Notes: generated by a model from the sequence alone, not told the origin. Positions 17,354-27,864 are shown, counted from the stretch's first letter. The stretch: DNA of 32,000 nucleotides from Erysipelothrix inopinata (GCF_014396165.1 NZ_CP060715.1:1830001-1862000), one strand, 5' to 3'. A program made the numbers and translations.

Positions 17354-18000
17354 AGTAAAGAGGCTACAGCTTTTTCAATATCTTCTCCGAAGACATAGCT
17401 CCCTGCAACTAACACATCGGCACCATACTGACGAGAAATATCTCCAGTTTCTTTATTGATACCGCCATCTACTGAAATTAAATAACCATAATTGTTTAGT
17501 TTACGCATTTCATTAAGTTGTTGAATTCGAAGTCCCATCTCTGGAATATAAGCTTGTCCACCAAATCCAGGTTCAACACTCATAACCAATACCAAATCCA
17601 CAAGTTTCAAATATGGAACAATGGCATCAAGTTCAGTACCTGGTCTTAACGTAATTCCAGCTTTGATTCCTTTTGATTTTAAATACTTAACAGCTTCCAC
17701 GCCATCTTCAACATGTTTGAAACACTCAGCGTGAAATGTAATTGCATCGGCTCCAGCATCAATAAAAGCATCAAAATACTTACGTGGATCCATAATCATC
17801 AAGTGAACATCTAAAAATAAGTCACTTGCTTGATTAATTTGTTTTAAAATACCCGGACCAAAACTAATGTTATCAACGAATTGACCGTCCATAACATCAT
17901 AGTGAAGCCATTTTGCCCCTGCAACTTCAACACGTTTTAATTGCTTATTCAAATCTTTAAAATCAATTGATAACAATGATGGTGAAACAATTCTTTCCAT
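17350..18000 (-). CDS. rpe: Ribulose-phosphate 3-epimerase
   Basis: 216 aa. SLLSIDF, HYDVMDGQFV, DVHLMI and MSVEPGFGGQ motifs. Confidence 0.96.
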   Translation of the reverse strand: MERIVSPSLLSIDFKDLNKQLKRVEVAGAKWLHYDVMDGQFVDNISFGPGILKQINQASDLFLDVHLMIMDPRKYFDAFIDAGADAITFHAECFKHVEDGVEAVKYLKSKGIKAGITLRPGTELDAIVPYLKLVDLVLVMSVEPGFGGQAYIPEMGLRIQQLNEMRKLNNYGYLISVDGGINKETGDISRQYGADVLVAGSYVFGEDIEKAVASLL

Positions 18001-18046
18001 GATATTCTCCTTTTTTCTTTATTATAAACGATTCCCTACAAAAAAG

Positions 18047-18913
18047 TTAATAACGCACTACTTTAGTTTCTTCAATAAGCTTTAAACACTCCAAATAGTG
18101 TTGGTAGCGAACTTTCGATACACTACCATTTTCTACCGCTTCTTTCAGCGCACATCCCGGTTCTTTAATATGAAGACAATCACGATAACGACAATCATCA
18201 CCATAGCCCCTAAAGTCCGGAATACTTCTGCTAAGTTCAAGTGGATCAACCATACTAAAATCTAACGATGAAAATCCTGGTGTATCAGCAATCCACCCTT
18301 GAGCAATTGGATACAGTTGATTGTGGCGAGTTGTATGTTTCCCACGACCCAACGCTTTAGAAATCTCTTGCGTATTCAATTCTAAGTCTTCATTGATTCG
18401 ATTAAGGATGCTGGATTTCCCAACTCCGGATTGACCTGCAAGAACACTAATTTTATCTTTTAAAATTTCTTCAAGAGGTTGCGTATCATAACCCTCACCC
18501 GTAAATATAACATGATATCCCGCTTTTTCATATTCTTCACGAATTGATGTCATCAATGACTCTGAAGCTAAATCTGCTTTTGAAATCACAATGATTGGTT
18601 CAATATCGTTAAGGGATATCAAAAAGATCAAACGGTCAACAAGCGTGTATGAAAAGTCTGGTTCTAAAACTGACATCACAATCAATGCTTGATCAATATT
18701 CGCAACATGAGGTCGAATCAATTTATTTCTACGTGGCAACACTTTCTGCATTACATACTTTTCATCCAAAAGTTCCACTTCCACACGATCTCCTACAATC
18801 GGTTTATCTCCCAACCTCATTTTTCCCATTGCTACGACATCGTGGAACTCCGAATCAAAGTAGACTGTATATTTATTTGATACGATTCTCGTAATTATTG
18901 CTTCTTTAATCAT
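18047..18913 (-). CDS. rsgA: Ribosome small-subunit-dependent GTPase A (RsgA/YloQ)
   Basis: 288 aa. Circularly permuted GTPase (SKADL ... GQSGVGKSS) with a C-terminal Zn cluster CRYRDCLHIKEPGC. Confidence 0.94.
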   Translation of the reverse strand: MIKEAIITRIVSNKYTVYFDSEFHDVVAMGKMRLGDKPIVGDRVEVELLDEKYVMQKVLPRRNKLIRPHVANIDQALIVMSVLEPDFSYTLVDRLIFLISLNDIEPIIVISKADLASESLMTSIREEYEKAGYHVIFTGEGYDTQPLEEILKDKISVLAGQSGVGKSSILNRINEDLELNTQEISKALGRGKHTTRHNQLYPIAQGWIADTPGFSSLDFSMVDPLELSRSIPDFRGYGDDCRYRDCLHIKEPGCALKEAVENGSVSKVRYQHYLECLKLIEETKVVRY

Positions 18914-18924
18914 AGTTATATCCT

Positions 18925-20667
18925 CTAATCATTTTGTGTTCCCGGTTTCTGATTGTTGTTGGCCTCATCACCATTGTCGGTATCAGGTTTTGGTTTGTCA
19001 GGTTCAGTCTTTTTAGTATAGTAATATAAAGTCACAGTTGAACTATCAGTTTGTACGTAATAACTACCTGGCATTGGATCTGTCTTCACAACAACTCCAT
19101 ATTTAAGATTGTTGATTTCACTTAAACTCAAGCCATCTTGAGATAATTCCTTACGCGAAACTTTAACGCCCAGATCAGTCAGTTGAGAAGATGCATCATC
19201 AAGACTCTTTCCGACTAAGTCATTAGGAAGTACTGTTTCAACTTTTGAACTCACCACAAGTGTAATATCACGAGGATTTTCCGGGTTGATTTTTTCTCCA
19301 GGAAGTAAAAGTTCTTGTCTTAATACAATCCCTTCTTTCATATCCTTGCGTGGTTCGTTAACACGTTTAATCTTTACGTTTTTACCATTAAGAATTGAGC
19401 TCACTTCTTCAAATGTTTTTCCTGTATAATCATCGATAACAAAATTCTTACCACTAGAAACTGTAAGTTTTACTTCAGTCCCTTTTTTCACTTGCGTTCC
19501 TTTTTCAGGACGGCTACTGATTACATATCCCGATTCCAAATCATCAGAATAAATATGAACTAAATTTGAAGAGTTATAGATTAAACCATTTTCTTTTAAG
19601 ATTGCCTCTGCTTCATTAACCGTCATCTTTGTAAGATCTGGAAGTTCTACCGTCGAGGATTTCGATGGACTGAAGAACCAATACGTAAAGATGCCCAATG
19701 CCACAATTAATACTGCAGAAAGTGTTATCCAAAGTTTCTTTCGATTCTTAGGATTTTTATCTTCTACGCGATCAACCGTATCAAGTTTGTTGATTACTTT
19801 AGTTTCATCATCCGATTCTTCTTCAGGTTGCCATAGCGGTTCATCTTTTCGATTTTCAAATAAACACGTTTCTAAATCATCTAAAAATTCATGCATATTT
19901 GTATAGCGATAATTTCTGTTTTTATGTGTTGATTTTGCAACAATATTTTCAAGTGAGTTCGGCAGTGTTGGATTGAAGTCCAAGATTGATGGGAAAGGAT
20001 CTCGAAGGTGTTTCATCGCAATTTCTACAGGTGTTTCACCTCGGAATGGTAGAGTTCCTGTCAACAACTCAAAAAACACTACACCTAATGAATAGACATC
20101 CGATTGAATGCTTGCCCCCTCACCTCGGGAACATTCTGGAGCCATATAGTGAACAGATCCTAAAACAGAATCATCACGTGTGAGTTGAAGTGCATCCCCA
20201 GCAAGTGCAATCCCAAAGTCTGTAATCTTTACTGTGCCATCATCTTTAATAAGAACATTTTGCGGTTTCACATCTCGATGGATAACCCCACTGTCATGGG
20301 CCTTTACAAGGCCACTTGCTAATTGTTTTGTAATCGCTACCGCTTCATACTTATCAAGGGCGCCACGGCGTTGCACCAATTGTTTCAGGGTTGTCCCTCG
20401 GACAACTTCCATGACAATATAGTGTTGGTCACCATCTTGTCCCACATCATAAATCTCCACAATATTAGGGTGATTAATACCACTGGCTGCATTCGCCTCG
20501 CGTTGAAAACGTAACAGTGCAACCGGATCATGAGATAAATCTCCACGTAATTTCTTAAGTGCTACTTCTCGGTTTAAGACGGTATCCATAGCGAGATACA
20601 CATCTGCCATACCTCCTGAGCCAATTTTTTTGACCAACAGGTAACGGTTACTTATCATTTCACTCAT
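18925..20667 (-). CDS. pknB: PASTA-domain Ser/Thr protein kinase (Stk1/PrkC family)
   Basis: Kinase motifs GSGGMADVY, HRDVKPQN and DFG, then a TM segment and three PASTA-like repeats. I place the start at ATG 20667 (MSEMISNRY, GAAGGTGA SD, 8-nt overlap with the stp stop) rather than the TTG at 20682. Confidence 0.93.
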   Translation of the reverse strand: MSEMISNRYLLVKKIGSGGMADVYLAMDTVLNREVALKKLRGDLSHDPVALLRFQREANAASGINHPNIVEIYDVGQDGDQHYIVMEVVRGTTLKQLVQRRGALDKYEAVAITKQLASGLVKAHDSGVIHRDVKPQNVLIKDDGTVKITDFGIALAGDALQLTRDDSVLGSVHYMAPECSRGEGASIQSDVYSLGVVFFELLTGTLPFRGETPVEIAMKHLRDPFPSILDFNPTLPNSLENIVAKSTHKNRNYRYTNMHEFLDDLETCLFENRKDEPLWQPEEESDDETKVINKLDTVDRVEDKNPKNRKKLWITLSAVLIVALGIFTYWFFSPSKSSTVELPDLTKMTVNEAEAILKENGLIYNSSNLVHIYSDDLESGYVISSRPEKGTQVKKGTEVKLTVSSGKNFVIDDYTGKTFEEVSSILNGKNVKIKRVNEPRKDMKEGIVLRQELLLPGEKINPENPRDITLVVSSKVETVLPNDLVGKSLDDASSQLTDLGVKVSRKELSQDGLSLSEINNLKYGVVVKTDPMPGSYYVQTDSSTVTLYYYTKKTEPDKPKPDTDNGDEANNNQKPGTQND

Positions 20668-21391
20668 CGCGGTCACCTTCAATCAAGACAATTGAGATAT
20701 TATCATAGCCTCCTGCTTCATAAGAAAGTTTCAAGAGCTCTTGACGAATACTCAAAATATCATTCAACTTAAACGTTTCTTGAATTTTCTCAAATGGTAC
20801 ATAACCATGAAGTCCATCTGAAGAAATCATGAGATAATCCCATGGTTCCGTAATTTGAATAATTTCAAACTTCACATCTTCATCGATGCCTACTGCATTC
20901 ATTAATACATTTCGTTTAGGATGTGTGTCAATTTCATTGAAGTCGATTTCATTTCTTAAATACATTTCATAAGCATACGTTTGATCATGTGACAAACATT
21001 CTAGCTTTCCATCATGTAAAGAATAGATTCGACTATCACCAATATTAAAACCCACAACCTCTGTACCCAATACAACAAGAGCAGCAAGTGTGGTTCCCAT
21101 ACCTGAATAATGTTTCACGACTAATGATTCATGAAACGTTGTTTTATTTATATGCTTGATTTCACTAACAAACCATTTTCTAACTTCTTCAATGGATTTA
21201 AATGAGCCTTTTTCCAAAAAGGATTCTTTGAGAAGGCTCTTAACCATATTACTGGCTACTTCGCCGGCATTGGCACCACCAATACCATCACAAACAACAG
21301 CAAGTAACGCATTTTCATTTTCAATGACAGTCGCGCTGTCTTGATTATTACTGCGAATTAATCCAATTTCACTAATACTTGTATATTTCAC
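20660..21391 (-). CDS. stp: PP2C-family Ser/Thr phosphatase (Stp1/PrpC)
   Basis: 243 aa. RSNNQDS, DGIGG and SSDGL motifs. GTG start with a GAGGG SD. Confidence 0.92.
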   Translation of the reverse strand: MKYTSISEIGLIRSNNQDSATVIENENALLAVVCDGIGGANAGEVASNMVKSLLKESFLEKGSFKSIEEVRKWFVSEIKHINKTTFHESLVVKHYSGMGTTLAALVVLGTEVVGFNIGDSRIYSLHDGKLECLSHDQTYAYEMYLRNEIDFNEIDTHPKRNVLMNAVGIDEDVKFEIIQITEPWDYLMISSDGLHGYVPFEKIQETFKLNDILSIRQELLKLSYEAGGYDNISIVLIEGDRDE

Positions 21392-21425
21392 AACGAACCC
21401 TCACAATTTCTATATCTCAATAGTA

Positions 21426-22637
21426 TCATTTTCGCATCAATTGTGCGATATAAAATCCATCCCCTTGTGTTTCATGAGGAATAAGAGTTTCTGAAGATAT
21501 CACTTCAAAATCAGGATGTCTCTCAATAAATGCTTCAACTTGTTTCTCATTTTCTTTACGGTTTAGTGTACAGGTTGAATACACCAGCATGCCATTTTCA
21601 GCTAACATATCTGCAACATGATCCAACATTTTTGCTTGAAGAATTACCAATTCATCCAATTCACTTGGAAGAATATGATATCTTAAGTCATGTTTATGAG
21701 ATAGAACACCCAGACCTGAGCACGGTGCATCTAAAAGAATTCGATCGTATTTAACATCTGATTTATATTCTAAAACGTCTGATGTATGAATCGTCGCATT
21801 GTTGACATTACAACGCTCCATCAAGGATTTAGTAGCAAGACTTCGTGATTCGTACAATTCAACACCATCAATGTGTCCCGAATTTCTAAGCTTGTTCGCA
21901 ATCTGAACTGTTTTAGTTCCTGGACCACAACAACAATCCAAAATAGTCATATCTTCGACGATATCCATACGTTCAACGACTTTTTGACTGTTGATGTCTT
22001 GTACAAGGCAGTATCCATCCGACAAATAGGAACTTCTAAAGAGTTCCGGTTGGGCGATCCAGTTTCCATCTTGTTCAATGACAAGACTAGAATCCACGGA
22101 TTCTAATGGTTTCAAGGTATTAAATCGTACATATGTAGGTTTAATACTTTGGCAATATCTTGCATAGTCCAATGCAAAAGTTTCACTGTACTGTTTCGAT
22201 AATAACTTCATAATCCAAAGTGGCATACTTTCACGAATGGATGCTTGTGTGAGGGCATCACCGTGAATCTCACGTTCTCCACGTTGCACGATTTTTTTCA
22301 AGACTGCATTCACAACGCCAGCATATCGTTTTTTCCCTACTTGTTTGCATAAATCAACAGATTCATTCACTAATGCATAGTCAGGGATGGAGTCCATTTT
22401 AAAGAATTGGGCACACCCCATTTTAATAATTATTTGAACTTCAATGGGTAGTTTCTTATCGATAAGATCTTCATATTGATATTCTAAAAATAGACTATGT
22501 TGTAACGTAGTATAAACAAGGGCACTTACAAATGCTTGATCTTGTGGGGGTAATTGCTGTTCTTTTAGTACAAGATGAGCATGGCGATGTTTCACCAACA
22601 CTTCCACAAGTACCTGATAACTTTCTAATCGTCTCAT
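21426..22637 (-). CDS. rsmB: 16S rRNA (cytosine967-C5)-methyltransferase RsmB
   Basis: 403 aa. NusB-like N-domain, then the SAM MTase motifs DCCCGPGTKT, LDAPCSGLG and YSTCT. Confidence 0.9.
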   Translation of the reverse strand: MRRLESYQVLVEVLVKHRHAHLVLKEQQLPPQDQAFVSALVYTTLQHSLFLEYQYEDLIDKKLPIEVQIIIKMGCAQFFKMDSIPDYALVNESVDLCKQVGKKRYAGVVNAVLKKIVQRGEREIHGDALTQASIRESMPLWIMKLLSKQYSETFALDYARYCQSIKPTYVRFNTLKPLESVDSSLVIEQDGNWIAQPELFRSSYLSDGYCLVQDINSQKVVERMDIVEDMTILDCCCGPGTKTVQIANKLRNSGHIDGVELYESRSLATKSLMERCNVNNATIHTSDVLEYKSDVKYDRILLDAPCSGLGVLSHKHDLRYHILPSELDELVILQAKMLDHVADMLAENGMLVYSTCTLNRKENEKQVEAFIERHPDFEVISSETLIPHETQGDGFYIAQLMRK

Positions 22638-22639
22638 AT

Positions 22640-24775
22640 TTATTCTAATGTCATGGGATTCACATCCACGACAACTCCTGTCTTATTAATTTTTTTATAC
22701 ACTTCTAAAGCTTCACCACATTTTTCAATCATGGTTTCAAGGTCTTTGCCTTTTAATATTATCCGATTTCGATGTTTGTTTTGAAGTCTTCGTAACGCAG
22801 TCGGCCCAATAATCTGAACATCGTCGGCTTTAAAAAGACTTTCAAATAGCGTCGCAGCTTTGAGTGTTGCGGCATCATCTTCATCTTGAAAAATCAATGA
22901 TATTAAGTAACTGTATGGTGGGTATTGAGCCACCTTTCGATAACTCATTTCTTGTTTAAAGAAATGTTTGTATTTTTCATTTACAGCACAAATTACAGCG
23001 TAATGATCTGGATTAAACGTTTGAATCATCACTTCACCGCGATGTTTTCCACGTCCTGCTCGACCGGATGCTTGAAGCAACAAGTCAAATGTCATCTCAA
23101 TGGATCGATAATCCGTATATGCAAGTGTTTCATCAGCATTGATGATTCCAACCAGCGTCACGTTTTCAATATCTAACCCTTTCGCAATCATTTGTGTCCC
23201 TATAAGGATATCATATTTATGGTCAATAAACTCTGTAAGTATCCGTTCATGGGCACCTTTTCGTTGTGTCGAATCAGCATCCATTCGTGTCACCCTCGCT
23301 TGTGGAAATAACTTTTCAATTTGTTCTTGAAGTCTTTGTGTTCCCACACCACCACCAACAAGTTGGACTGGTTTCCCATTCACAATTGGTAATTGGTGGG
23401 TTTGATAGCCACATTGATGACAACGAATGCTTCGGTCTTCCTTATGATAATTAAGTGCAACCTCGCAGTTTTGACATTGTAGGACCTGATTTGTATCCGC
23501 AACTTTTAGTAAGGTATGATAGCCGCGTCGATTTAAAAGTAACATCACCTGTTCACCATGGTCCAAGCGTTTTTGAATTCCTTCCAACAAAGGTGTCGTT
23601 AACCATGCTGATTGTTTCTGACGTAAAGCAGCCTGTGTGTCAATTACGGTTACAGTAGGAAATTGATGATTGATACGATCATGAAGTTCAAGCAATGTGT
23701 AATTGCCTTTCAAAGCACGAGCGTATGATTCTAATGCTGGGGATGCACTTCCTAAAATTAGTGGACAGTGATGGTACTCACTTCTTAAGACGGCAATGTC
23801 TCGAGTATGGTAGTACGGAACGTTAGTCTGTTTGTAGGAAAGATCGTGTTCTTCATCAACGACTATCAGTCCAAGACACTCAAAAGGCATGAAGACAGAA
23901 GAACGCGTACCCACAACAATGCGTACTTCATTATTTTTAACACGCATGTACTGTTCATATTTTTCTTGATCATTTAAAGCAGAATGATAGATGGCAACGT
24001 CCTCGCCAAATCGCGATGAAACTCGACGAATCATTTGTGGTGTCAGAGATATTTCAGGCACCAAAATCAATACTTGTCGCTTCATTTTCAGCGCAGTTTG
24101 TGCTGCTTGGAGGTAAACTTCTGTCTTCCCGCTTCCTGTGACACCATGTAATAGATACGTATTGGATTCTCCAAACTTAATAGCATCAAAAACATTTTTT
24201 TGGTCAGCTGTTAGGGGTAAAACTTCGTAAGTTTGTTCTACAACTTGTTCTTGATAAAGTACAACTTCATCTACCACCTCAATGACCCCTTTATCTACAA
24301 GAGATTTGTAACCATTATAAATTTGACGAAGATCTTTAAGAAGACATGAGTTCTGTTCTTTTATAAACGCAACAGCTTCTTCTTGTTTCTGTGTTAAAGA
24401 TTGTGTTTCATCAACGAGATAAACAACTTTTTGGTATTTGAGAGGTGTAGCCGAAGATTTTGGCTTTAGCTTGTTAGGAAGAATTGTTTGAAGACATCGA
24501 ATCATGGGTGATAAGGTATTATCTTTCATCCATGACGCAATTTCAAAGAGTTCTGAGTTTAGAAGCGGTGAGTCATCGATAACACCTGTAATTTCAGACA
24601 CTTTGAAATCCATATCGATAGGATCATAGACGTTTGCCACAAACCCTACCATACTCCGATTTCTCAGCATGATATTCACACGCATCCCAACCTCAACATG
24701 AAAAGACCCACTTGAATAGGTGAGCGTTTGATTGTTTAGAAAACTTTCTTCTATGTAAACATCCAAATATTTCAT
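22640..24775 (-). CDS. priA: Primosomal replication protein N' (PriA helicase)
   Basis: 711 aa. Walker A GVTGSGKTE, DEEH box and a Cys-rich insert (CQNC...CHQCG). AGAGGAGG SD. Confidence 0.96.
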   Translation of the reverse strand: MKYLDVYIEESFLNNQTLTYSSGSFHVEVGMRVNIMLRNRSMVGFVANVYDPIDMDFKVSEITGVIDDSPLLNSELFEIASWMKDNTLSPMIRCLQTILPNKLKPKSSATPLKYQKVVYLVDETQSLTQKQEEAVAFIKEQNSCLLKDLRQIYNGYKSLVDKGVIEVVDEVVLYQEQVVEQTYEVLPLTADQKNVFDAIKFGESNTYLLHGVTGSGKTEVYLQAAQTALKMKRQVLILVPEISLTPQMIRRVSSRFGEDVAIYHSALNDQEKYEQYMRVKNNEVRIVVGTRSSVFMPFECLGLIVVDEEHDLSYKQTNVPYYHTRDIAVLRSEYHHCPLILGSASPALESYARALKGNYTLLELHDRINHQFPTVTVIDTQAALRQKQSAWLTTPLLEGIQKRLDHGEQVMLLLNRRGYHTLLKVADTNQVLQCQNCEVALNYHKEDRSIRCHQCGYQTHQLPIVNGKPVQLVGGGVGTQRLQEQIEKLFPQARVTRMDADSTQRKGAHERILTEFIDHKYDILIGTQMIAKGLDIENVTLVGIINADETLAYTDYRSIEMTFDLLLQASGRAGRGKHRGEVMIQTFNPDHYAVICAVNEKYKHFFKQEMSYRKVAQYPPYSYLISLIFQDEDDAATLKAATLFESLFKADDVQIIGPTALRRLQNKHRNRIILKGKDLETMIEKCGEALEVYKKINKTGVVVDVNPMTLE

Positions 24776-24792
24776 GACTTTGAAGCCTCCTC

Positions 24793-24823
24793 TAACACAA
24801 AAACAACTCTTAAAGAGTTGTTT
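24793..24823 (-). terminator. Terminator-like hairpin between gmk and priA (possible partial terminator or attenuator)
   Basis: Minus strand AAACAACTCT-tta-AGAGTTGTTT: a 10-bp AU-rich stem with the gmk TAA stop in the loop, followed by TTGTGTT and then the priA SD. Confidence 0.35.
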
Positions 24824-25382
24824 CGATATTTCGCTTAATAATTAGTGCAACAGAATCTGCAGCAAGTTGCGGATCTTCATTGCAAATTACATAACGATAA
24901 TGATTCATCAATTCCATCTCTTTAGCTGCTTTTTCAAGACGTGAATTAATAACGTCTTGTGATTCAGTTTGACGTCCTTCAATGCGACGTTTTAACTCTT
25001 CCATGCTTGGTGGTACCAAGAAGATACTTAAAGAATCTGGAACTTTATCAATAACTTGTAAAGCACCTTGAACTTCAATTTCCAACAACACGTTTTTCCC
25101 CATATCACGTAGTCGTTCTACTTCTGAAATTAACGTTCCATAATAATTTCCAACAAATTCAGCATGCTCTAGAAGTTCCTCATTTTCTATTGCTTCCTGA
25201 AAACGATCATGAGTTACAAAATAATAATCACGGCCGTCCACTTCTCCATTTCTAGGTGAGCGAGTCGTAATTGAAATTGAGAATGCCAAGTTTAATTCTT
25301 CGCGATCAAAAAACAATTTACGAACCGTACCTTTTCCGACACCACTAGGTCCCGAAAATATAATTAAGAGTCCTCGTTTCAT
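24810..25382 (-). CDS. gmk: Guanylate kinase
   Basis: MKRGLLIIFSGPSGVGKGT P-loop. I place the start at the second ATG (25382; AAGGGA SD 8 nt upstream). The ORF-track start at 25391 has no usable SD spacing. Confidence 0.93.
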   Translation of the reverse strand: MKRGLLIIFSGPSGVGKGTVRKLFFDREELNLAFSISITTRSPRNGEVDGRDYYFVTHDRFQEAIENEELLEHAEFVGNYYGTLISEVERLRDMGKNVLLEIEVQGALQVIDKVPDSLSIFLVPPSMEELKRRIEGRQTESQDVINSRLEKAAKEMELMNHYRYVICNEDPQLAADSVALIIKRNIETTL

Positions 25383-25407
25383 AGTCACCATCCCTTTTAT
25401 TTCACTT

Positions 25408-25416
25408 ATTATACCA
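25408..25416 (-). promoter_or_regulatory. Putative extended -10 promoter for gmk
   Basis: Minus strand TGgTATAAT, about 25 nt upstream of the gmk ATG. No good -35. Confidence 0.4.
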
Positions 25417-25533
25417 TAGTAAAACTAACATGGAAGTCTTATCCCTATAAACTTTTAATGTTTTAAATAAAATTCTATACTCGCTTTTTATTATCAAGTT
25501 AAATCGATTCGCAACGCATGGTGCATAATTATT

Positions 25534-25542
25534 TGTTATAAT
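25534..25542 (+). promoter_or_regulatory. Putative extended -10 promoter for rqcH
   Basis: TGtTATAAT, 27 nt upstream of the ATG at 25570. Confidence 0.4.
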
Positions 25543-25569
25543 GAGTCCATTGAAGAAAGGCTGATATCT

Positions 25570-27213
25570 ATGGCACTCGATGGCGTACTCTTAAAACGCA
25601 TAACAAATATCATGAACGACAACGTTCCTGTAAAAATAAACAAAATCAATCAACCTTCAAACCACGAATTCGTATTTCAATGTTTTGCAGGTAAAAAAAT
25701 TAATCTCTTTATTTCCACCCACCCTCTTTTTAGTAGAATTCAGTGGACTCACGAGAAGACAAGCGCTAACCTTGATCAAACTCACATGCTTGTTTTAATG
25801 AGAAAGCATCTTGATGGCGGTATTATTACTAAAATCGAACAATATGGTTTCGACCGTGTTATTGAACTCCACATTGAACATCGTGATGATATGGGGGTTA
25901 TACGCCCCTACCGTCTTATTATTGAATTGCTTGGTAAATACGCAAACGTGATTATTGTAAATGATGAAGGACTTATCATTGATGCACTCAAGCGAATTTC
26001 TCCTTTCGAGAACTCTCAAAGAGCTATTGTAGCGGGTGGCGAATATGATTATCCTCCTCAATTTGACAAAAAGGACTTCACTGAACTAAGCACATACGAT
26101 CCTCATGAATCGCTGAGTCATCAATTCAATGGAATCTCTCCCCTTTTAGAAAAAGAAATTTTGTATCGATTAAAGACACAAGATCCTCAATCGATTGTTG
26201 ATGAAATCATGACTTCCAACACGCTGTATATCTATAAAAATGATTATCACATTCTTGAACTGAAGCATCTAAATCAAGAAGCGGTTGAAAAACCTATTAT
26301 GGAAGGTTTGGATGAATTCTACCGAGATTTGCAAGAACGCGATCGTGTTAAGGCTCATACAGGGGATCTTCTTAAATTGATACGACGCGAATTAAAACGC
26401 TCCAAGCAAAAACTACCCAAACTTTATGATGATTTAGACAAGGCACTAGACTGTGATCATTTACGAGAAAAAGGAGACTTACTGTTTGCATTCGCAAGTA
26501 ATAATCCTAAAGGGAACGATTCAATCACCTTGAATGATTTTGAAGGCAATGAAGTTGTTGTTGACCTTGACCCTCGATATGGTGGTAAGGACAATGCTCG
26601 TTTATACTTTAAAAAATACAACAAGGCTAAGACGAGCCTCATGTATCTTGAAGATCAGATTCAGAAAACTGAAGCGCGAATTGAATACTTCGAAAACCTT
26701 TACGTTCAAACAGAACAAGCAACTGTTGAAGATGCTCAAGAGATAACGGAAGAGCTTCTTAACAGTGGTATTATCAATCAACGCAGGCTCAAACAATCGA
26801 AACAACAAAAGAAGAAAAAGAAACCAAACTATACCGTACTTCAATATGATGATGAAACGACAATTTACATCGGTAAAAATAACATTCAAAATGAAGCAAT
26901 CACCTTTAAGGTTGCACGTAAGGATGATATCTGGTTTCATGCCGCATATACTGGTGGTGCACATGTTTTAATTAAGACGCCCGAACTGGATGAACCCAAA
27001 TTAAGACTTTGTGCTCAGCTTGCTGCTTACTTTTCTAAAAACAGACTTGGGAGCAGTGTCGAGATTCACTATACCCAAGCAAGAAACATTAAAAAAATTC
27101 CTGGTGCAGCTCCTGGACTCGTGAGTCTGGGTACTCATAAAGGAATGTTTATCGACCCTGATGAAACTTATATTTTGCACTCAATCGATACAATGAAAAT
27201 CAAACAACAGTAA
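25570..27213 (+). CDS. rqcH: NFACT-family ribosome quality control protein RqcH (annotated FbpA/fibronectin-binding protein A in many genomes)
   Basis: 547 aa. N-terminal MALDGVLLKRITNIMND and ELLGKYANVIIV (NFACT-N), a central coiled coil, and a C-terminal NFACT-R block (DIWFHAAYTGGAHVLIK). Confidence 0.9.
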   Translation: MALDGVLLKRITNIMNDNVPVKINKINQPSNHEFVFQCFAGKKINLFISTHPLFSRIQWTHEKTSANLDQTHMLVLMRKHLDGGIITKIEQYGFDRVIELHIEHRDDMGVIRPYRLIIELLGKYANVIIVNDEGLIIDALKRISPFENSQRAIVAGGEYDYPPQFDKKDFTELSTYDPHESLSHQFNGISPLLEKEILYRLKTQDPQSIVDEIMTSNTLYIYKNDYHILELKHLNQEAVEKPIMEGLDEFYRDLQERDRVKAHTGDLLKLIRRELKRSKQKLPKLYDDLDKALDCDHLREKGDLLFAFASNNPKGNDSITLNDFEGNEVVVDLDPRYGGKDNARLYFKKYNKAKTSLMYLEDQIQKTEARIEYFENLYVQTEQATVEDAQEITEELLNSGIINQRRLKQSKQQKKKKKPNYTVLQYDDETTIYIGKNNIQNEAITFKVARKDDIWFHAAYTGGAHVLIKTPELDEPKLRLCAQLAAYFSKNRLGSSVEIHYTQARNIKKIPGAAPGLVSLGTHKGMFIDPDETYILHSIDTMKIKQQ

Positions 27214-27215
27214 AG

Positions 27216-27263
27216 AAAAACCAAGAAACTATGGAACTTAGCCATTGATTTCTTGGTTTTTTT
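27216..27263. terminator. Bidirectional terminator-like hairpin between convergent rqcH and the S51 peptidase gene
   Basis: CCAAGAA (27221..27227) pairs with TTCTTGG (27250..27256), with an inner ATGG/CCAT stem. Flanked by an A-run and a T-run. Overlaps the 3' end of the S51 gene. Confidence 0.5.
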
Positions 27264-27864
27264 CGATAACAAGCACTTGATTTAAGAGTATGAATGAATC
27301 CAATTCATGGCGAATCCCACCATCATCCGCAATAAGAAGAACGGGTGCATATTCCGCATAACAATGGACATTTATCGGTTCTTCAAACATTACATGAGGG
27401 ATTATTGAAGTACTAACCCAACCAAACCCTGGTTCGACGTGCATTGGTTCAGTTGTATCAATGATCGTGGGGCCCATAATCATCGCTCCGGCACTTGTAC
27501 CCAAGAGAACTTGATTATTGAAAACATCCGCTCGATCAAAACCGTACTCAACTAAGAAAGCTTTCTCAATGAAAGGATCACCACCCATAAAATGAATAAG
27601 GTCTGCATGATCTACAAGCTCATGTGCCTTCTCTTTTGTGCAACGATAGTCAATCACTTCGTAATTTATAGGCGTATCCGAAAGTGCTACAAACCATGGT
27701 TTATTCCGATTAAAGTAATCATCGGTAACGTCATAATCTTTAGGGTTCGATGCAAACACAACCACATTTTTAAGATTGGGGAGATCTTTTCTTAATGAGT
27801 TAAAAGTAAGGGTATCAAACCCAATCATTTCGTCTGCAGGTCCTGATAATTGGTAAAATATCAT
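27238..27864 (-). CDS. Peptidase S51 (dipeptidase E-like) / type 1 glutamine amidotransferase-like protein
   Basis: 208 aa. The nucleophile motif LLGTSAGAMIMG and the MGGDPF block are typical of the S51 family. Confidence 0.75.
   Translation of the reverse strand: MIFYQLSGPADEMIGFDTLTFNSLRKDLPNLKNVVVFASNPKDYDVTDDYFNRNKPWFVALSDTPINYEVIDYRCTKEKAHELVDHADLIHFMGGDPFIEKAFLVEYGFDRADVFNNQVLLGTSAGAMIMGPTIIDTTEPMHVEPGFGWVSTSIIPHVMFEEPINVHCYAEYAPVLLIADDGGIRHELDSFILLNQVLVIEKNQEING

Noticed and set aside
26457-26971. ORFs inside rqcH: two antisense (61 and 120 aa) and two sense out-of-frame (70 and 68 aa)
   Set aside because: These are shadow ORFs in the Lys/Glu-rich coiled-coil coding segment, where AAG/GAA codons give open alternative and reverse frames. 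No SD is present.
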